Positions 55,701-64,000 of a stretch of 64,000 nucleotides of DNA are shown here, piece after piece. Numbering within the stretch: position 1 is the stretch's first letter; every line of letters starts with the position of its first letter. The notes beneath the pieces were generated by a model. It was given only the letters and a program-made list of their open reading frames with translations. It was not told the origin of the DNA and did no database searches. Source of the DNA: Eledone cirrhosa (taxonomy: Eukaryota); NCBI GenBank assembly GCA_964016885.1, contig OZ024748.1, positions 36,146,001-36,210,000 of the forward strand, in the 5' to 3' direction. The translations under genes and the position numbers were made by a program.

Positions 55701-58700
55701 CTATCTTGATAAAACACACTGACATTGGTTGTCTTCTGTCTTGATAAAACACACTGACATTGGTTGTATTCTGTCTTGATAAAACACACTGACATTGGTT
55801 GTCTTCTGTCTTGATAAAACACACAGACATTGGTTGTCTTCTGTCTTGATAAACCACACTGACATTGGTTGTCTTCTCTTGATAAAACACACTGACATTG
55901 GTTGTCTTCTGTCTTGATAAAACACACTGACATTGGTTGTCTTCTGTATTGATAAAACACACTGACACTGGTTGTCTTCTGTCTTGATAAAACACACTGA
56001 CATTGGTTGTCTTCTGTCTTGATAAAACACACTGACATTGGTTGTCTTCTGTCTTGATAAAACACACTGACATTGGCTGTCTTCTGTCTTGATAAAACAC
56101 ACTGACATTGGTTGTCTTCTGTCTTGATAAAACACACATACATTGGTTGTCTTCTGTCTTGATAAAACACACAGACATTGGTTGTCTTCTGTCTTGATAA
56201 AACACACTGACATTGGTTGTCTTCTGTCTTGATAAAACACACTGACATTGGTTGTCTTCTGTCTTGATAAAACACACAGACATTGGCTGTCTTCTGTCTT
56301 GATAAAACACACAGATATTGGTTGTCTTCTGTCTTGATAAAACACACTGACATTGGTTGTCTTATGTCTTGATAAAACACACTAACATTGGTTGTCTTCT
56401 CTTGATAAAACACACATACATTGGTTGTCTTCTGTCTCGATAAAACACACAGACATTGGTTGTCTTCTGTCTTGATAAAACACACTGACATTGGTTGTCT
56501 TCTCTTGATAAAACACACTGACATTGGTTGTCTTCTCTTGATAAAACACACTGACATTGGTTGTCTTCTCTTGATAAAACACACTGACATTGGTTGTCTT
56601 CTCTTGATAAAACACACTGACATTGGTTGTCTTCTGTCTTGATAAGACACACTGACATTAGTTGTCTTCTCTTGATAAAACACACTGACATTGGTTGTCT
56701 TCTGTCTTGATAAGACACATTGACGTAGGTTGTCTTCTCTTGATAAAACACACTGACATTGGTTGTCTTCTGTCTTGATAAAACACACAGACATTGGTTG
56801 TCTTCTGTCTTGATAAAACACACTGACATTGGTTGTCTTCTGTCTTGATAAGACACACTGACATTGGTTGTCTTCTCTTGATAAAACACACTGACATTGG
56901 TTGTCTTCTGTCTTGATAAGACACATTGACGTAGGTTGTCTTCTCTTGATAAAACACACTGACATTGGTTGTCTTCTGTCTTGATAAAACACACAGACAT
57001 TGGTTGTCTTCTGTCTTGATAAAACACACTGACATTGGTTGACTTCTGTCTTGATAAGACACATTGACGTAGGTTGTCTTCTCTTGATAAAACACACTGA
57101 CATTGGTTGTCTTCTGTCTTGATAAAACACACAGACATTGGTTGTCTTCTGTCTTGATAAAACACACTGACATTGGTTGTCTTCTGTCTTGATAAGACAC
57201 ATTGACGTAGGTTGTCTTCTCTTGATAAAACACACTGACATTGGTTGTCTTCTGTCTTGATAAAACACACAGACATTGGTTGTCTTCTGTCTTGATAAAA
57301 CACACTGACTTTGGTTGTCTTCTCTTGATGAAACACACTGACATTGGTTGTCTTCTCTTGATAAAACACACTGACATTGGTTGTCTTCTCTTGATTAAAC
57401 ACATTGACGTAGGTTGTCTTCTCTTGATAAAACACACTGACATTGGTTGTCTTCTCTTGATAAAACACACTGACATTGGTTGTCTTCTGTCTTGATAAAA
57501 CACACTGACATTGGTTGTCTTCTGTCTTGATAAAACACACAGACATTGGTTGTGTTCTGTCTTGATAAAACACACTGACATTGGTTGTCTTCTGTCTTGA
57601 TAAAACACACTGACATTGGTTGTCTTCTCTTGATAAAACACACTGACATTGGTTGTCTTCTGTCTTGATAAAACACACTGACATTGGTTGTCTTCTCTTG
57701 ATAAAACACACAGACATTGGTTGTCTTCTGTCTCGATAAAACACACTGACATTGGTTGTCTTCTGTCTCGATAAAACACACTGACATTGGTTGTCTTCTG
57801 TCTTGATAAAACACACTGACATTGGTTGTCTTCTCTTGATGAAACACACTGACATTGGTTGTCTTCTCTTGATAAAACTCACAGACATTGGTTGTCTTCT
57901 CTTGATTAAACACATTGACGTAGGTTGTCTTCTGTCTTGATAAAACACACAGACATTGGTTGTCTTCTCTTGATAAAACACACTGACATTGGTTGTCCTC
58001 TGTCTTGATAAAACACACTGACATTGGTTGTCTTCTCTTGATTAAACACATTGACGTAGGTTGTCTTCTCTTGATAAAACACACTGACATTGGTTGTCTT
58101 CTCTTGATAAAACACACAGACATTGGTTGTCTTCTGTCTTGATAAAACACACTGACATTGGTTGTCTTCTGTCTTGATAAAACACACTGACATTGGTTGT
58201 CTTCTCTTGATAAAACACACTGACATTGGTTGTCTTCTGTCTTGATAAAACACACAGACATTGGTTGTCTTCTGTCTTGATAAAACACACTGACATTGGT
58301 TGTCTTCTGTCTTGATAAGATACATTGACGTAGGTTGTCTTCTCTTGATAAAACACACTGACATTGGTTGTCTTCTGTCTTGATAAAACACACAAACATT
58401 GGTTGTCTTCTGTCTTGATAAAACACACTGACATTGGTTGTCTTCTCTTGATGAAACACACTGACATTGGTTGTCTTCTCTTGATAAAACACACTGACAT
58501 TGGTTGTCTTCTCTTGATTAAACACATTGACGTAGGTTGTCTTCTCTTGATAAAACACACTGACATTGGTTGTCTTCTGTCTTGATAAAACACACTGACA
58601 TTGGTTGTCTTCTGTCTTGATGAAACACACTGACATTGGTTGTCTTCTCTTGATAAAACACACTGACATTGGTTGTCTTCTGTCTTGATAAAACACACTG

Positions 58701-61700
58701 ACATTGGTTGTCTTCTCTTGATTAAACACATTGACGTAGGTTGTCTTCTCTTGATAAAACACACTGACATTGGTTGTCTTCTCTTGATAAAACACACTGA
58801 CATTGGTTGTCTTCTGTCTTGATAAAACACACTGACATTGGTTGTCTTCTGTCTTGATAAAACACACAGACATTGGTTGTCTTCTGTCTTGATAAAACAC
58901 ACTGACATTGGTTGTCTTCTGTCTTGATAAAACACACTGACATTGGTTGTCTTCTCTTGATGAAACACACTGACATTGGTTGTCTTCTCTTGATAAAACA
59001 CACAGACATTGGTTGTCTTCTCTTGATTAAACACATTGACGTAGGTTGTCTTCTGTCTTGATAAAACACACAGACATTGGTTGTCTTCTCTTGATAAAAC
59101 ACACTGACATTGGTTGTCTTCTGTCTTGATAAAACACACTGACATTGGTTGTCTTCTCTTGATTAAACACATTGACGTAGGTTGTCTTCTCTTGATAAAA
59201 CACACTGACATTGGTTGTCTTCTCTTGATAAAACACACTGACATTGGTTGTCTTCTGTCTTGATAAAACACTGACATTGGTTGTCTTCTGTCTTGATAAA
59301 ACACACAGACATTGGTTGTCTTCTGTCTTGATAAAACACACTGACATTGGTTGTCTTCTGTCTTGATAAAACACACAGACATTGGTTGTCTTCTGTCTTG
59401 ATAAAACACACTGACATTGGTTGTCTTCTGTCTTGATAAAACACACTGACATTGGTTGTCTTCTATCTTGATAAAACACACTGACATTGGTTGTCTTCTG
59501 TCTTGATAAAACACACTGACATTGGTTGTATTCTGTCTTGATAAAACACACTGACATTGGTTGTCTTCTGTCTTGATAAAACACACAGACATTGGTTGTC
59601 TTCTGTCTTGATAAAACACACTGACATTGGTTGTCTTCTGTCTTGATAAAACACACTGACATTGGTTGTCTTCTGTCTTGATAAAACACACTGACATTGG
59701 TTGTCTTCTGTCTTGATAAAACACACAGACATTGGTTGTCTTCTGTCTTCATAAAACACACAGACATTGGTTGTCTTCTGTCTTGATAAAACACACTGAC
59801 ATTGGTTGTCTTATGTCTTGATAAAACACACTGACATTGGTTGTCTTCTCTTGATAAAACACACTGACATTGGTTGTCTTCTGTCTTGATAAAACACACT
59901 GACATTGGTTGTCTTCTGTCTTGATAAAACACACTGACATTGGTTGTCTTCTGTCTTGATAAAACACACTGACATTGGTTGTCTTCTGTCTTGATAAAAC
60001 ACACTGACATTGGTTGTCTTGTCTTGATAAAACACACTGACATTGGTTGTCTTCTGTCTTGATAAAATCACTGACATTGGTTGTCTTCTGTCTTGATAAA
60101 ACACACAGACATTGGTTGTCTTCTGTCTTGATAAAACACACTGACATTGGTTGTCTTCTGTCTTGATAAAACACACAGACATTGGTTGTCTTCTGTCTTG
60201 ATAAAACACACTGACATTGGTTGTCTTCTGTCTTGATAAAACACACTGACATTGGTTGTCTTCTGTATTGATAAAACACACTGACACTGGTTGTCTTCTG
60301 TCTTGATAAAACACACTGACATTGGTTGTCTTCTGTCTTGATAAAACACACTGACATTGGTTGTCTTCTGTCTTGATAAAACACACTGACATTGGCTGTC
60401 TTCTGTCTTGATAAAACACACTGACATTGGTTGTCTTCTGTCTTGATAAAACACACATACATTGGTTGTCTTCTGTCTTGATAAAACACACAGACATTGG
60501 TTGTCTTCTGTCTTGATAAAACACACTGACATTGGTTGTCTTCTGTCTTGATAAAACACACTGACATTGGTTGTCTTCTGTCTTGATAAAACACACAGAC
60601 ATTGGCTGTCTTCTGTCTTGATAAAACACACAGATATTGGTTGTCTTCTGTCTTGATAAAACACACTGACATTGGTTGTCTTATGTCTTGATAAAACACA
60701 CTAACATTGGTTGTCTTCTCTTGATAAAACACACATACATTGGTTGTCTTCTGTCTCGATAAAACACACAGACATTGGTTGTCTTCTGTCTTGATAAAAC
60801 ACACTGACATTGGTTGTCTTCTCTTGATAAAACACACTGACATTGGTTGTCTTCTCTTGATAAAACACACTGACATTGGTTGTCTTCTCTTGATAAAACA
60901 CACTGACATTGGTTGTCTTCTCTTGATAAAACACACTGACATTGGTTGTCTTCTGTCTTGATAAGACACACTGACATTAGTTGTCTTCTCTTGATAAAAC
61001 ACACTGACATTGGTTGTCTTCTGTCTTGATAAGACACATTGACGTAGGTTGTCTTCTCTTGATAAAACACACTGACATTGGTTGTCTTCTGTCTTGATAA
61101 AACACACAGACATTGGTTGTCTTCTGTCTTGATAAAACACACTGACATTGGTTGTCTTCTGTCTTGATAAGACACACTGACATTGGTTGTCTTCTCTTGA
61201 TAAAACACACTGACATTGGTTGTCTTCTGTCTTGATAAGACACATTGACGTAGGTTGTCTTCTCTTGATAAAACACACTGACATTGGTTGTCTTCTGTCT
61301 TGATAAAACACACAGACATTGGTTGTCTTCTGTCTTGATAAAACACACTGACATTGGTTGACTTCTGTCTTGATAAGACACATTGACGTAGGTTGTCTTC
61401 TCTTGATAAAACACACTGACATTGGTTGTCTTCTGTCTTGATAAAACACACAGACATTGGTTGTCTTCTGTCTTGATAAAACACACTGACATTGGTTGTC
61501 TTCTGTCTTGATAAGACACATTGACGTAGGTTGTCTTCTCTTGATAAAACACACTGACATTGGTTGTCTTCTGTCTTGATAAAACACACAGACATTGGTT
61601 GTCTTCTGTCTTGATAAAACACACTGACTTTGGTTGTCTTCTCTTGATGAAACACACTGACATTGGTTGTCTTCTCTTGATAAAACACACTGACATTGGT

Positions 61701-64000
61701 TGTCTTCTCTTGATTAAACACATTGACGTAGGTTGTCTTCTCTTGATAAAACACACTGACATTGGTTGTCTTCTCTTGATAAAACACACTGACATTGGTT
61801 GTCTTCTGTCTTGATAAAACACACTGACATTGGTTGTCTTCTGTCTTGATAAAACACACAGACATTGGTTGTGTTCTGTCTTGATAAAACACACTGACAT
61901 TGGTTGTCTTCTGTCTTGATAAAACACACTGACATTGGTTGTCTTCTCTTGATAAAACACACTGACATTGGTTGTCTTCTGTCTTGATAAAACACACTGA
62001 CATTGGTTGTCTTCTCTTGATAAAACACACAGACATTGGTTGTCTTCTGTCTCGATAAAACACACTGACATTGGTTGTCTTCTGTCTCGATAAAACACAC
62101 TGACATTGGTTGTCTTCTGTCTTGATAAAACACACTGACATTGGTTGTCTTCTCTTGATGAAACACACTGACATTGGTTGTCTTCTCTTGATAAAACTCA
62201 CAGACATTGGTTGTCTTCTCTTGATTAAACACATTGACGTAGGTTGTCTTCTGTCTTGATAAAACACACAGACATTGGTTGTCTTCTCTTGATAAAACAC
62301 ACTGACATTGGTTGTCCTCTGTCTTGATAAAACACACTGACATTGGTTGTCTTCTCTTGATTAAACACATTGACGTAGGTTGTCTTCTCTTGATAAAACA
62401 CACTGACATTGGTTGTCTTCTCTTGATAAAACACACAGACATTGGTTGTCTTCTGTCTTGCTAAAACACACTGACATTGGTTGTCTTCTGTCTTGATAAA
62501 ACACACTGACATTGGTTGTCTTCTCTTGATAAAACACACTGACATTGGTTGTCTTCTGTCTTGATAAAACACACAGACATTGGTTGTCTTCTGTCTTGAT
62601 AAAACACACTGACATTGGTTGTCTTCTGTCTTGATAAGACACATTGACGTAGGTTGTCTTCTCTTGATAAAACACACTGACATTGGTTGTCTTCTGTCTT
62701 GATAAAACACACAAACATTGGTTGTCTTCTGTCTTGATAAAACACACTGACATTGGTTGTCTTCTCTTGATGAAACACACTGACATTGGTTGTCTTCTCT
62801 TGATAAAACACACTGACATTGGTTGTCTTCTCTTGATTAAACACATTGACGTAGGTTGTCTTCTCTTGATAAAACACACTGACATTGGTTGTCTTCTGTC
62901 TTGATAAAACACACTGACATTGGTTGTCTTCTGTCTTGATGAAACACACTGACATTGGTTGTCTTCTCTTGATAAAACACACTGACATTGGTTGTCTTCT
63001 GTCTTGATAAAACACACTGACATTGGTTGTCTTCTCTTGATTAAACACATTGACGTAGGTTGTCTTCTCTTGATAAAACACACTGACATTGGTTGTCTTC
63101 TCTTGATAAAACACACTGACATTGGTTGTCTTCTGTCTTGATAAAACACACTGACATTGGTTGTCTTCTGTCTTGATAAAACACACAGACATTGGTTGTC
63201 TTCTGTCTTGATAAAACACACTGACATTGGTTGTCTTCTGTCTTGATAAAACACACTGACATTGGTTGTCTTCTCTTGATGAAACACACTGACATTGGTT
63301 GTCTTCTCTTGATAAAACACACAGACATTGGTTGTCTTCTCTTGATTAAACACATTGACGTAGGTTGTCTTCTGTCTTGATAAAACACACAGACATTGGT
63401 TGTCTTCTCTTGATAAAACACACTGACATTGGTTGTCTTCTGTCTTGATAAAACACACTGACATTGGTTGTCTTCTCTTGATTAAACACATTGACGTAGG
63501 TTGTCTTCTCTTGATAAAACACACTGACATTGGTTGTCTTCTCTTGATAAAACACACTGACATTGGTTGTCTTCTGTCTTGATAAAACACTGACATTGGT
63601 TGTCTTCTGTCTTGATAAAACACACAGACATTGGTTGTCTTCTGTCTTGATAAAACACACTGACATTGGTTGTCTTCTGTCTTGATAAAACACACAGACA
63701 TTGGTTGTCTTCTGTCTTGATAAAACACACTGACATTGGTTGTCTTCTGTCTTGATAAAACACACTGACATTGGTTGTCTTCTATCTTGATAAAACACAC
63801 TGACATTGGTTGTCTTCTGTCTTGATAAAACACACTGACATTGGTTGTATTCTGTCTTGATAAAACACACTGACATTGGTTGTCTTCTGTCTTGATAAAA
63901 CACACAGACATTGGTTGTCTTCTGTCTTGATAAAACACACTGACATTGGTTGTCTTCTGTCTTGATAAAACACACTGACATTGGTTGTCTTCTGTCTTGA
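46737..64000. repeat. 33/35-bp satellite, ~500 units, with higher-order repeats; runs past the window end
   Basis: TTGATAAAACACACTGACATTGGTTGTCTTCT(GT)C; rare variants recur at 3917- and 4319-bp spacing. Confidence 0.97.

Noticed and set aside
46666-63981. Very long Cys-rich ORFs (up to 1274 aa) on the minus strand
   Set aside because: The consensus satellite unit lacks minus-strand stops in all frames, and 35-bp units rotate the frame; all three frames give the same peptides.
46737-64000. CRISPR-like array
   Set aside because: Units are contiguous with no unique spacers; no cas genes; eukaryotic context.

Overview
AT-rich, microsatellite-dense animal genomic DNA; the SINE families suggest an octopod cephalopod (recalled, not searched). 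One host coding exon is recognisable: a synaptotagmin-15-like C2A exon at 27542-27752 (+). The rest is intronic or intergenic repeat: a rearranged Penelope-like element (PLE, 2.5-7.1 kb), a 5'-truncated fold-back PLE with a GIY-YIG ORF (17.7-21.9 kb), tRNA-SINEs, RTE fragments, a small Helitron, a probable solo LTR, a ~55-bp minisatellite and a >17-kb 33/35-bp satellite with ~4-kb higher-order structure. The main hidden layer is a set of short, often fold-back elements in (TA)n tracts that carry type I hammerhead ribozyme (HHR) motifs from several unrelated families. These include a 312-bp HHR tandem array (retrozyme-like, 31.3-32.9 kb), a U3-A8 covariant core, U10.1·U11.1 variants and long stem-II insertions. 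Nearly all long ORFs in the track are repeat artefacts. RNA folds were made by eye and activity is untested.
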